This document shows positions 1-9,261 of a stretch of 37,665 nucleotides of DNA, one piece after another; within the stretch, counting starts at the first letter, position 1, and every line of letters starts with the position of its first letter. The notes beneath the pieces are model-generated. The model searched no databases. It had not been told where the DNA came from and was given only the letters and a program-made list of their open reading frames with translations. The DNA comes from a virus (Duplodnaviria; Caudoviricetes): positions 1 through 37,665 of IMG/VR virus record IMGVR_UViG_3300020045_000748. The stretch is one strand, 5' to 3'. Made by a program: the position numbers and the translations under genes.

Positions 1-121
1 CGAAATATTAGTAAAGGCCGAGTTTTATATCAAAGAAGAATGAAAGAATACGTAAGCACCTTATGAGAAAATTAAAATATAACCTACCCCTAGACATCGC
101 AGTAGCGAAATCGGCGCACGC
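1..121. repeat. 121-bp direct terminal repeat, copy 1 (circular assembly overlap)
   Basis: 1-121 (cgaaatatta...ggcgcacgc) is identical to 37545-37665, and ORFs read through the junction. Confidence 0.97.
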
Positions 122-2576
122 GGTTAAGTGGAAGAACACGCACACCGATTGGCAAGCGATAGCCACCTCGTTAAGCGAGACGGAATACACCGACGAAACA
201 CAAAAGCAATACTTCGCAATGCCGAAGGACAAACAAGACACCATTAAGGACGTGGGCGGTTTTGTGGGCGGGAAGCTATCGGGCGGAACGTTCCGCAACC
301 GACGCACCCAGACTGACGAAGAGGTCAAAGCGCCCTACGGTTTACGCCGCAAAGGTCACGTCGAGTTTCGCCAGATGGTTGCGCTAGACGTGGACTTCGG
401 CGACCTCGACGTCTGGCTCGACTTCCGCGAGTTGGGTTTCGCTGGCTTGTTCTACACCACCCATAAGCACCAACCGACAGACCCGCGCTTGCGCGTAGTC
501 TTCCCGTTAGACCGACCAGTCACGCCAGACGAGTACGAAGCCATTAGCCGCACGGTTGCGTCGTGGCTTGGCATAGATTTATTTGACGACACCACCTACC
601 AGCCTACGCGTTTGATGTATTACCCGAGCACCAGCAAAGGCGCCGAGTATCTTTTCGACATCAACGACGCCCCGATAGCGTGCGCCGACGACATACTGCA
701 AACCCTCGACGACTGGGAAGACCCGACGACGTGGCCTATCTCTAGCCGCCAGCAGCAAATAAAACCTCACAAGGGTAGTACCGTCGAAGACCCCACCACT
801 AAGGCGGGTGTCATTGGCGCCTTTTGCCGCGCCTACAGTATCGAAGAGGCTATCGACGAGTTTTTGGCCGACGTCTACGAACCGACCGACGAGGCGACCC
901 GTTACACTTTTATCGGCGGGAGCACCAGCAAAGGTCTGGAAGTCTTCGACGGGCTTACCGCGTACAGCTACCACGCCACAGACCCCGCGGGTAGTAAACT
1001 GTCTAACGCCTTCGACTTGGTGCGTTTGCACAAGTTCGGCGACCTCGACTATAAACAAAACCCAGACACAGAAACGGCAAAGCTACCGAGTTTTAAGGCT
1101 ATGGCCGACTTTGCGGGTAATTTGTCGCCCGTTAAAAAAGAACTTTTAGCAGCCAGACGCGCGAAGCCAGACGATTACGACGCATTAGAAGAGCGCGCGG
1201 AACGTGTGGCGAACGCCGACGAGTGGGTCGAGGACTTAGAAATGGGCGGCAAGAACAAAGACCAAATTAAAAACACTATTTCGAACACCGTTTTAATACT
1301 TCATAACGACGAGTACTTGCGTGCGCGCTTTGCTTACAACGAGTTCGACGCCCGCGAAACGGCATACACCGCGCTACCTTGGGACAAAAAAGGGCTTAAG
1401 TACCCACGACCTTTGAGAGATACGGACGACGCGCAATTGCATTTGTATTTAGAACGCGCTTACGGTATCACTAACAAGGGCATAATCGCAGACGCGCTAA
1501 AGATAGCCACCTCGGAAAACAGTTACCACCCAGTTAAGAACTACCTCAACGCTTGCGAGTGGGACGGGACGCCTCGACTAGATACTTTATTTATTGATTT
1601 GTTCGGGGCCGAAGACAACGAGTACACGCGCGCAATAACTCGAAAAGCGTTCACGGCCGCCGTGGCCCGCATTTATAATGAGGGGTGCAAGTTCGACTAC
1701 GTGGTCGTTATACTTGGCGAGCAAGGAAAACAAAAGACTACGACTATAGAACTAATGGGCGGCGAGTGGTTCAGCAACTCGTTATTAACTATGGAAGGTG
1801 TTAAGGGCATGGAGAGTTTACAAGGCGCTTGGCTTATTGAATTGGGAGAACTGGCGGGCATGCGCAAGGCGCAAGTCGACGAGGTTAAACACTTTGTTAC
1901 TAAGCGGGTAGACATTTTTCGTGTAGCCTACGGCAAGAGAAACGAGCACTTCCCGAGGCGCTGCGTTTTCTTTGCGACGTCTAACGTTAACACCCCGCTA
2001 AGAGACACTACGGGAAATCGTCGTTTCTGGGTCGTTAATACGTTCGGCGGGAAGGGTGCGAAATTACCTAAAGATTACTTAACGCCCGTTATAGTGTCGC
2101 AGCTATGGGGTGAAGCTAAAGTAAGATTTAACGACGGCGAACTGTTATACCTTCCGCCAGCACTGGAAGAGGTCGCCGAAGAGGTACAGGCCGACCACCT
2201 AGAGCAAGACGAGCGCGGCGGTGTTATCGAAAACTATCTCGACAGACTGCTACCCGTTGACTGGCTTACGATGGACATACAAACACGCCGCATGTGGCTA
2301 GAGGACGAAACTAACGAGGGCGTTGTTAGGCGTCGCCAAGTGTCAGTACTTGAAATATGGGCGGAGTGTTTCGCGAATGAACCAAAGTATATTAAACGAA
2401 TGGACAGTTACGAAATCGGTAACATTATCCGAGCGATGAAAAACTGGCGCGCAGAAACTAAACCGACCAAAACGAAGTTTTACGGGTTGCAAAGGCATTT
2501 CGAAAACACCCTTGTACCCTTGGAAGAGGACAGAAAATACAAGGCGGCCAGACCGCGTAAGATGGGGCGCGAGTAG
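63..2576 (+). CDS. Primase-helicase, VirE/VapE family (N-terminal primase-like domain plus C-terminal P-loop helicase)
   Basis: 837 aa. N-terminal LDVD and YTTHKH..PRLRVVFPL primase-like motifs; C-terminal GEQGKQKTT Walker A, WLIELGEL Walker B and LRDTTGNRRFW typical of VirE proteins. Confidence 0.88.
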   Translation: MRKLKYNLPLDIAVAKSAHAVKWKNTHTDWQAIATSLSETEYTDETQKQYFAMPKDKQDTIKDVGGFVGGKLSGGTFRNRRTQTDEEVKAPYGLRRKGHVEFRQMVALDVDFGDLDVWLDFRELGFAGLFYTTHKHQPTDPRLRVVFPLDRPVTPDEYEAISRTVASWLGIDLFDDTTYQPTRLMYYPSTSKGAEYLFDINDAPIACADDILQTLDDWEDPTTWPISSRQQQIKPHKGSTVEDPTTKAGVIGAFCRAYSIEEAIDEFLADVYEPTDEATRYTFIGGSTSKGLEVFDGLTAYSYHATDPAGSKLSNAFDLVRLHKFGDLDYKQNPDTETAKLPSFKAMADFAGNLSPVKKELLAARRAKPDDYDALEERAERVANADEWVEDLEMGGKNKDQIKNTISNTVLILHNDEYLRARFAYNEFDARETAYTALPWDKKGLKYPRPLRDTDDAQLHLYLERAYGITNKGIIADALKIATSENSYHPVKNYLNACEWDGTPRLDTLFIDLFGAEDNEYTRAITRKAFTAAVARIYNEGCKFDYVVVILGEQGKQKTTTIELMGGEWFSNSLLTMEGVKGMESLQGAWLIELGELAGMRKAQVDEVKHFVTKRVDIFRVAYGKRNEHFPRRCVFFATSNVNTPLRDTTGNRRFWVVNTFGGKGAKLPKDYLTPVIVSQLWGEAKVRFNDGELLYLPPALEEVAEEVQADHLEQDERGGVIENYLDRLLPVDWLTMDIQTRRMWLEDETNEGVVRRRQVSVLEIWAECFANEPKYIKRMDSYEIGNIIRAMKNWRAETKPTKTKFYGLQRHFENTLVPLEEDRKYKAARPRKMGRE

Positions 2577-2618
2577 GACGGGCAAAAGGGTAAAGCGCTC
2601 AGCGCCAGCGTTTTAAAT

Positions 2619-2992
2619 GGTTACAAGGTTACAAGAAAAGTTACAAGAATCTGGCACTTTTTAAGTCTTGTAACCTATCTAATGCGCTGAAACCCACACC
2701 GTTACAATCCCAAGGTTACAAGGTTACAAGAATATTTATATAAGTATAGAATATAGTAATAATAGGTATTTATGTAACTACGGTACACACGTAATAAATG
2801 CATAATTACACGCCCGTAAAGGTTTTACCTTTATTCTTGTAACCTTGTAACCTTTTATATACGGGGCCCCGTGATAATCAGACCGTTAAGTAGGTTACAA
2901 GACTTAAAAAATGCCAGATTCTTGTAACTTTTCTTGTAACCTTTTTTTGTAACTGTCTGATAATCAGCGATAGCGTTTTTAAAGTTTGTAAC
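2619..2992. repeat. Putative replication origin: GTTACAAG iterons in nested inverted repeats around an AT-rich core
   Basis: 53-bp IR 2625-2677/2891-2943 (1 mismatch), 23-bp perfect IR 2712-2734/2832-2854, about 15 GTTAC(AAG) copies on both strands, AT-rich centre 2735-2831, directly after the primase-helicase. The repeats are certain; the origin role is inferred. Confidence 0.75.
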
Positions 2993-3015
2993 TATTAATT
3001 TATAACAGTCTGATA

Positions 3016-3288
3016 ATGAAAGAAATAACAGTCGAAAAGTATTTGATACGTAAGTCCGAGGCCGTCGGGTGGTGGTGCGTTAAGTTCCCGCCCATTTTCT
3101 TTGCGGGGTTCCCAGACAGGCTAATTTTAGGTGCGGGCGCTCTTATTATTTTTGTGGAGTTGAAAGCCCCCAGCAAAAAGCCGCGCAAGTTGCAGGCGTC
3201 AATACATAAAAAATTACGTGCTATGGGCTTCCGCGTTGAGGTTATAGATTCACACGAAGACGTAGACGCTTTAATACTAACGGCATGA
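3016..3288 (+). CDS. VRR-NUC domain nuclease (Holliday junction resolvase-like)
   Basis: 90 aa with GFPDRLIL...FVELKAP PD-(D/E)xK signature, upstream of an SNF2 helicase. Confidence 0.9.
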   Translation: MKEITVEKYLIRKSEAVGWWCVKFPPIFFAGFPDRLILGAGALIIFVELKAPSKKPRKLQASIHKKLRAMGFRVEVIDSHEDVDALILTA

Positions 3289-4766
3289 TTCAGAGAATTT
3301 ACGACCAGATAGCGGGTGTATGGTACGACACCGACCCGCACCAGATAGAAGCCTACGAACATTTAGAGGCGAACCCCCGCGCCGCTCTATTCCTTGGAAT
3401 GTCTTTAAGTAAAACATGCATAGCGTTAAGCTACTTACACGACATGCATTACCGCGAAGTCGCCTTTCTTAAAACGTTGGTAGTTGCTCCCGACAAAGTG
3501 GCGCGGGTTACTTGGCCCGACGAGTTGGCGAAGTGGCAGCACTTAAACGGTTTGCGAATGGTGGTAGTCTCGGGCACGGCAAAGCAACGATTAAAAGCGC
3601 TAGCCACACCCGCCGAGGTTTACGTCATTGGTATCGACTTGGTTAGCTGGTTGGTCGACTTGTACGTAAAACAGAAAGTGAGTAAAAACACGGGGCTAGC
3701 ATACGGCCCTTACCTCGGCGCTTTGCCCTTCGACAGTTTTATAGCCGACGAACTTAGCTTATTTAAGGGCCGCGGCTCTAACCGATTCGAAAAGCTAGAA
3801 CGCGCGCTAAGACAGTCTAATGTCGATTATCGTATTGGAATGACAGGGACACCATTATCAAACGGGTATGTTGATTTATGGGCGCAAATTAAACTATTGG
3901 ACGGCGGGCGAAGACTGGGCGAAACTTTCGGCGAGTATGAGCGCGAATATTTCACGACTCGAGGCAACGGCATGATTACCTACGAATGGCGCCCGAAGCC
4001 TAACGCGCAAAAGATAATCGCAAATAAGATAAAAGACATCGCGCTAAGTATGCAGACAAAGGATATATTAAAATTACCTAAGATGCACATAATCGACGAA
4101 GAGTTAACCTTCGCGCCGTTCGACCTTGAAATATACGAAGAGTTAGAACGCGAATACGTGCTGGAATTTTTCGACGACGAAGAGGTAACAGTCAAGACGC
4201 CCGCCGACCTATCGAATAAATTATTACAGATAAGCAGCGGGGCGGTTTATGCAGACCGAGAGGGCGAAGGTCCGAAAGTGTGGCACGAACTAAACACGCT
4301 TAAGCTGGACACTCTGGGCGAACTTTTGGCGGAATATCCAGACGAGACCTTTATCGTAGTGTATCAGTTCCGCCACGAAGTCGAACGCATTACCGCCAGA
4401 TTCCCGTATGCGCGCCAGCTTCGAAAAGGCAAAGGCACTGCCGAAGATGTACACGCGTGGAACCGTGGCGAAATCAGATTGCTAATAATACATCCAGCTG
4501 GGGCGGGGCACGGTTTAAACCTACAGTTCGGCGGGCGTCGTATGGTTTGGTTTTCGCCGACGTGGAACCTCGAACACTGGCTGCAAACGGTCGCTAGATT
4601 ATTAAGGCGCGGGGCGCTTAATGAGATATACATACACCGTCTTTTAGTTAAGGGCACCCGAGACGAGACAGTGCGCAAAAGAGTAAATTCAAAAGATAAT
4701 AACCAAACGTTTCTATTAAATGAAATAAAACAACTACGATTGAAATATGGCAAAGTTCGGAAATAA
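3285..4766 (+). CDS. SNF2-family (SF2) helicase
   Basis: 493 aa. Motif I LGMSLSKT (degenerate), DELS, MTGTP, DLWAQ, HPAGAGHGLNLQ, Q..ARL.R.G. Confidence 0.9.
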   Translation: MIQRIYDQIAGVWYDTDPHQIEAYEHLEANPRAALFLGMSLSKTCIALSYLHDMHYREVAFLKTLVVAPDKVARVTWPDELAKWQHLNGLRMVVVSGTAKQRLKALATPAEVYVIGIDLVSWLVDLYVKQKVSKNTGLAYGPYLGALPFDSFIADELSLFKGRGSNRFEKLERALRQSNVDYRIGMTGTPLSNGYVDLWAQIKLLDGGRRLGETFGEYEREYFTTRGNGMITYEWRPKPNAQKIIANKIKDIALSMQTKDILKLPKMHIIDEELTFAPFDLEIYEELEREYVLEFFDDEEVTVKTPADLSNKLLQISSGAVYADREGEGPKVWHELNTLKLDTLGELLAEYPDETFIVVYQFRHEVERITARFPYARQLRKGKGTAEDVHAWNRGEIRLLIIHPAGAGHGLNLQFGGRRMVWFSPTWNLEHWLQTVARLLRRGALNEIYIHRLLVKGTRDETVRKRVNSKDNNQTFLLNEIKQLRLKYGKVRK

Positions 4767-5388
4767 CAAAGGTAAGAAGTACAAAAAGTTAGTCGGCGAC
4801 GAGGTGGCCACTAAAGAAAGTCTGCGCGCGGCTCGCGCTTTTATGTATTGGTTCGGCATGCGCTTTGAGTCCATGCGCGACGTTTTGATATACTCGCACA
4901 AGTTCGACGACGAGATAGCAACAGACACCGCGCTAAAGATTTACGCCGATATTGAGCTTAAAGGTTTGATTATCAACGGTAAATATAAGTGGTATTACTT
5001 GCGCGCATACCATACTAACTATATCGCAGCAATGAAGCGCCAAGGCGTAAGCGCCGCCAAACTTAAAAGCATCGACGAAGACTTCGGCGCAGAGCGCGCA
5101 AACTTAATTGACACGCTCGCGACTGACGCGTACGACTGCGTAGTGTATGAAACGGTTACCGACGTATTGCGCGCCGAGGTGCTCGATTATGTACGCACGA
5201 AATACCCGCCCGACTCGGTTAGCCTTTTCGAGATTTACATGGAATTACAGCCCGAAATTAGTTATAAGAAACTTGCGCAACTTCTCGGACTGCCCCATCA
5301 AAAGATATGGCGCGCGATTGGTGAGATTAAGCGCGACGTCGTTTTGCAGTTTGAGGGTAGGCGAGAATTTTTACTATCAATAATATAA
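4747..5388 (+). CDS. Sigma70/ECF-like transcription factor, putative late-gene regulator
   Basis: 213 aa. Region-2-like KWYYLRAYHTNYIAAMKR and C-terminal HTH ISYKKLAQLLGLPHQKIWRAI; last gene before the packaging operon. Confidence 0.65.
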   Translation: MAKFGNNKGKKYKKLVGDEVATKESLRAARAFMYWFGMRFESMRDVLIYSHKFDDEIATDTALKIYADIELKGLIINGKYKWYYLRAYHTNYIAAMKRQGVSAAKLKSIDEDFGAERANLIDTLATDAYDCVVYETVTDVLRAEVLDYVRTKYPPDSVSLFEIYMELQPEISYKKLAQLLGLPHQKIWRAIGEIKRDVVLQFEGRREFLLSII

Positions 5389-5392
5389 ATAA

Positions 5393-5401
5393 TTATCTTT
5401 A
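5393..5401 (+). promoter_or_regulatory. Putative late promoter motif TTATCTTTA (packaging/lysis operon)
   Basis: Exact motif 4 nt before ATG 5406; recurs before other structural operons. Confidence 0.65.
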
Positions 5402-5405
5402 CTAT

Positions 5406-5684
5406 ATGGAAGCATTAATGTACATCATCATTTTATTTTTTAACGCTCTGGTTTGCAGACGTTTAGCATATTATTCGACGGTTCCTTGGGGGCCGTTGTT
5501 TCCTTTTAAGCCCTTCAACTGCGACGCGTGCCTAACGTTCTGGTACACGCTAGTAAGTTCTCTTTTCTGGGCTTGGTTACTTTCTGAAAGTACCGAAGTT
5601 TTAATTCTTTTCGGCGCGGTTTCGTTCGTGTCAACTATAATAAATTTTGTATATATTAAATCTAAAATTCAAATCAATGAGTAA
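5406..5684 (+). CDS. Small membrane protein with CxxC motif
   Basis: 92 aa, three hydrophobic segments, KPFNCDACLTFW. Confidence 0.75.
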   Translation: MEALMYIIILFFNALVCRRLAYYSTVPWGPLFPFKPFNCDACLTFWYTLVSSLFWAWLLSESTEVLILFGAVSFVSTIINFVYIKSKIQINE

Positions 5685-6486
5685 AGCAGTAAAAAAAGGC
5701 GCCATCGCTTTTAAAGACGCGAGCGCGCAATTAATTAAGAAGGTCGAGCAAGTTATCGACGAGTCAAAAAGACACATGTTTAGCGTGTCCAGAGTGTACG
5801 CGGCATATAACGAGACATTTCAATTGAATGAGACGCCCCAGACGTGCGGGTCTTGTCTGAAAAACCGCGCCGAGAAACTAGACGTTTGGTATAGACAAGG
5901 ACAAAAAGGGGTTAAGCACACCGCGGGCAAAGTGATAGACTTGGCGCCGAGAGTAACGGTAAACGCAGCGGGCGAACTTTCGGGCGAACCAAACCACGCC
6001 ATTACGTACATAGTCGAAGAGGGCGCCGAGCGTTTCGCCGTTGAGAACGACGGGACTACTCTGGCCGTGGTTAACTTCACACCCGAAGCGGACGGGGCAC
6101 AGTACGGCATCGCCACGGAAGCGGACGGGGTTACGCCAGCACCAGCATACACGTACATTCAAAACGGTACGGCGTACATGGTTAACGGTACCGAAGGGCG
6201 CTACACAGTAGTAACGGGCGAACCTATCGCAGAGTTTACACCAGCACCAGCACCAGCACCAGCACCAGCACCAGCACCAGCGACGGCGTGGGAAGCAATC
6301 GACGCGGGCGTTATTGAATTAGTTCTAAACGACGAAAACGCGCAACGCGTACACTTTACGACCGAAGACGGTGTAAAAGGGATAGTTAAATATGCGGACG
6401 GCTCGAACGTAAAAGCGGGCAAACACGCACTTTTAGACGGGACCACTCTAGCCGTGGCGGTTGGGTCTCGCGCAACTATTAAATAA
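5677..6486 (+). CDS. Hypothetical protein: N-terminal CxxC domain, (PA)7 linker, scaffold-like beta repeats
   Basis: ATG 5677 (MSKAVKK) overlaps the upstream stop; 269 aa; TCGSCL; C-terminus resembles part of the protease/scaffold protein. Confidence 0.75.
   Translation: MSKAVKKGAIAFKDASAQLIKKVEQVIDESKRHMFSVSRVYAAYNETFQLNETPQTCGSCLKNRAEKLDVWYRQGQKGVKHTAGKVIDLAPRVTVNAAGELSGEPNHAITYIVEEGAERFAVENDGTTLAVVNFTPEADGAQYGIATEADGVTPAPAYTYIQNGTAYMVNGTEGRYTVVTGEPIAEFTPAPAPAPAPAPAPATAWEAIDAGVIELVLNDENAQRVHFTTEDGVKGIVKYADGSNVKAGKHALLDGTTLAVAVGSRATIK
6241..6282 (+). repeat. Hexamer tandem repeat (CCAGCA)6 CCAGCG encoding (Pro-Ala)7
   Basis: Directly visible in the sequence. Confidence 0.97.
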
Positions 6487-6494
6487 TAAACCAC

Positions 6495-7040
6495 ATGAGT
6501 AACTTACAAAGCCCCAGATTTTTAAAAGGTAACCAGCAATGGAAGCTAAGGACGGTACACGGGCGCGGCAAACTGTTTGCAAACGGAGAACTATTGCGCG
6601 CTGAGGCGATGCTTTATTTTGACTGGTGCGATAAAAATCCGCGCATGAAAGCCGAACTAGTTAAGCACCAAGGCACGGCGGAGCAATACGACGTACCACT
6701 GGGACGCCCTTATACGATGGACGGGCTTTGTAATTATTTAGGTGTTTCGGGCGGGTACTTCCGCGCGGCCAAAGATAACTTAATAACCAAAATAACCAAG
6801 AAACTAGCGACAGTTGAGGAAGAGGAACTTCTAGACGCGATTAAATGGATTGAAGACACGACCCGCAACGACCAAATAGAGGGCGGTCTAGTCGGCCAGT
6901 ATAATGCTAACTTAGTTTCTCGCATTAATGGCTTGGCCGATAACGTTAACAACACCGTAAGCGGTCCCGCTGTCCTTTCTATCACAGTGAGGGACGACGC
7001 GACGGCGGTTAATTTATCCGCGCTAGAAGCGAGCCTCTAA
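6495..7040 (+). CDS. terS: Terminase small subunit (P22 gp3-like DNA packaging protein)
   Basis: GNQQWKLR..HGR..LF, YFDWC..NP, RPYT..GLC.YLG; immediately upstream of TerL. Confidence 0.88.
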   Translation: MSNLQSPRFLKGNQQWKLRTVHGRGKLFANGELLRAEAMLYFDWCDKNPRMKAELVKHQGTAEQYDVPLGRPYTMDGLCNYLGVSGGYFRAAKDNLITKITKKLATVEEEELLDAIKWIEDTTRNDQIEGGLVGQYNANLVSRINGLADNVNNTVSGPAVLSITVRDDATAVNLSALEASL

Positions 7041-7043
7041 CTT

Positions 7044-8219
7044 ATGCACACGACGAAAGTATTTAGCGACTTACTCGAGGCGTACATGGACCCGACCATC
7101 AACGTAATAGGTTTGAAGGGTTCCGCGCGTTCGTCTAAGACCACAAGCACACTACAATTACTAGACATCATAGGGCAAAAAACCACAACCGACCGACTTA
7201 TTAGTGTGGTGTCTGAAACTATGCCGCATTTGAAAAGGGGCGCAATTAGAGACTTTAAAAACGTGCTAGGACGAGACAAACGTTACGACGCGGCGAAGTG
7301 GCACGACACCGACAAAATTTATAATTACGGCAAGGGTAAAATTGAATTTTTTAGCGCCGACCAGTCGAGTAAGGTTTTAGGACCCGCGCGCGATTTACTC
7401 TACATGAACGAGGGTATTAACCAAGCGTACGAAATCTACAGACAGTTAGCTATTAGAACAACGGGCAAAATAATAGTCGATTATAACCCCGCCTTTGAAT
7501 TTTGGATGGACAGCAAGTTAGCACATAGGCCAGACGTTAAAATCATTCACAGCACTTATTTAGATAACGACTTTTTAAGCGCTTCGCAAGTGGCCGAAAT
7601 CGAGAGCAACCGCGACACGGACCCCGACTGGTTCAACGTGTACGGTCTCGGGCTTACTGGAAGTAAAGAAGGTCTCGTCGTGCAGAACTGGGATATAGTC
7701 GAAGCACTACCGACGCGCAACTTATGGAAGTCGGCGTATATCGGTATCGACTTCGGGGGCAGCGCGCCCACCGCGGTAATGCTTTTAGTGGAAGCACTCG
7801 GCGACATTTGGATACATCAAATTTTATACGGGCGAAACGTCGATAACGGCCCGATAGCCGACGCCATCAAAGACCAAGGCTTCGGCGACATCGAGGCTAT
7901 TTGCGACGCGGCGGACCCGTTCAGAATTAGAGACCTTCGAGCGCTAGGAATTAACGCGGTTAAGTCCGATAACAAAGAAATCATTTTCGGTATTACGCTA
8001 ATGAACCGCTGGAAAAAACACTATACCGCGGACAGCCTCGACAGCATCACAGAAAACAGACAGTACCGCTACCCTAAAGATAAGAACGGCGACTACGAAA
8101 AATTACCAAAGAAAGAACACGGGCACGCGAAAGACGCGGAACGCTACGTATTTTTAAATAGACTGTCACACATCGCCAGCGGCTTTGACATAACGGTCGG
8201 CTCGGCACGTAAAAAGTAA
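7044..8219 (+). CDS. terL: Terminase large subunit (PBSX/Terminase_3-like)
   Basis: Walker A GSARSSKT, Walker B LLYMNE, DYNP coupling motif, nuclease GIDFG and HAKDAERY. Confidence 0.93.
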   Translation: MHTTKVFSDLLEAYMDPTINVIGLKGSARSSKTTSTLQLLDIIGQKTTTDRLISVVSETMPHLKRGAIRDFKNVLGRDKRYDAAKWHDTDKIYNYGKGKIEFFSADQSSKVLGPARDLLYMNEGINQAYEIYRQLAIRTTGKIIVDYNPAFEFWMDSKLAHRPDVKIIHSTYLDNDFLSASQVAEIESNRDTDPDWFNVYGLGLTGSKEGLVVQNWDIVEALPTRNLWKSAYIGIDFGGSAPTAVMLLVEALGDIWIHQILYGRNVDNGPIADAIKDQGFGDIEAICDAADPFRIRDLRALGINAVKSDNKEIIFGITLMNRWKKHYTADSLDSITENRQYRYPKDKNGDYEKLPKKEHGHAKDAERYVFLNRLSHIASGFDITVGSARKK

Positions 8220-8223
8220 AATT

Positions 8224-8676
8224 ATGATATTCAGCAAAAGAAGCAAAGACGCATTACTCGGGGTCGAACCCGCTCTGGTGGCAGTTATGCAAGAGGCCAT
8301 TAAAAACGCCCCGCATGACTTTACGATAATTGAGGGGGTTCGAACGGCCACGACTCAAAAGAAGTATTTCAGCTATGGCCGCACGGTCGTAAACCCAAAC
8401 ACGGGGCCGCAGAAAGGTAAACCCTTCGGCGCCATCATAACGGGGCGCGATGGTGTAAAGCGTAAGAGCGAGCACCAAGTTAAGGCGGACGGCTTCGGCC
8501 ACGCGGTTGACTTTTGCCCGTACTCTAAAGCTGGCGGGCTAGAGTGGAACAACACCAAAGCATTTAAAGCCATAGCGGCGCACATCAAAACAGTAGCGGC
8601 CAAAATGGGCGTCGCGATAGTTTGGGGCGGCGACTGGATAACATTAATAGACTTACCTCACATTGAATTAAAATAA
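8224..8676 (+). CDS. Endolysin, M15 family (L-Ala-D-Glu peptidase-like)
   Basis: DFTIIEGVRT, SEH...GHAVD, WGGDW, DLPHIEL zinc-peptidase motifs. Confidence 0.9.
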   Translation: MIFSKRSKDALLGVEPALVAVMQEAIKNAPHDFTIIEGVRTATTQKKYFSYGRTVVNPNTGPQKGKPFGAIITGRDGVKRKSEHQVKADGFGHAVDFCPYSKAGGLEWNNTKAFKAIAAHIKTVAAKMGVAIVWGGDWITLIDLPHIELK

Positions 8677-8678
8677 CT

Positions 8679-9221
8679 ATGAAAGCAATAACACTGAAAA
8701 CCGCCGCCCTTATTGGGCTAATTATTTTTATCTTAGGATTTGCCGCGGGCTTCGCAGTATCTAAGCACATGTATAAATGCGAAGAGGCGCCCGTCGTTAG
8801 CGCAGTACGTGAGATTAAAACCGTACGCGATACCGTAAAGGCGAAAGTACCGCCAGCCGTTAAAGAAACGGTAAAACGAAAAGAGACCGCAAGGCTTAAG
8901 ATAAAGCCCTCGGTCGGTACAAAGACCCCGACTATAGTTAATGATTCATTAGCGGGCACCGCTGAGGTCGAAATACCCATTACAACAAAGATTTATGAAA
9001 CGCCAAACTACCGCGCCGTCGTTAGTGGGTTTCGTCCGAGTCTGGACAGTATGGAAGTTTACCGAGACACGCGGACCATAACCGAGACAGTCACGAAGCT
9101 ACAGCCCGCACGGCGTAAATGGTTAGCGTTGACGGTAGGCCCCTCGATAGGGTACAACCTCAACGGCGAGATAGTGCCCTCGGCGTCCGTCACGCTCGGC
9201 ATTATATTATTAAGCAAGTAA
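8679..9221 (+). CDS. Putative lysis accessory (Rz/spanin-like) protein
   Basis: N-terminal TM helix, DTV/ETV-rich extended region, C-terminal amphipathic beta-hairpin; follows the endolysin. Confidence 0.55.
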   Translation: MKAITLKTAALIGLIIFILGFAAGFAVSKHMYKCEEAPVVSAVREIKTVRDTVKAKVPPAVKETVKRKETARLKIKPSVGTKTPTIVNDSLAGTAEVEIPITTKIYETPNYRAVVSGFRPSLDSMEVYRDTRTITETVTKLQPARRKWLALTVGPSIGYNLNGEIVPSASVTLGIILLSK

Positions 9222-9224
9222 TTA

Positions 9225-9260
9225 AAAAGCCCCCTACCGTTAAGTCGATAGGGGGCTTTT
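9225..9260. terminator. Bidirectional intrinsic terminator
   Basis: aaaagcccccta-N12-tagggggctttt perfect 12-bp IR between convergent genes. Confidence 0.88.
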
Positions 9261-9261
9261 A

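Noticed and set aside
2619-2992. CRISPR array or transposon ends
   Set aside because: Units are 8-9 bp in both orientations with no regular unique spacers, and no transposase lies between the arms.
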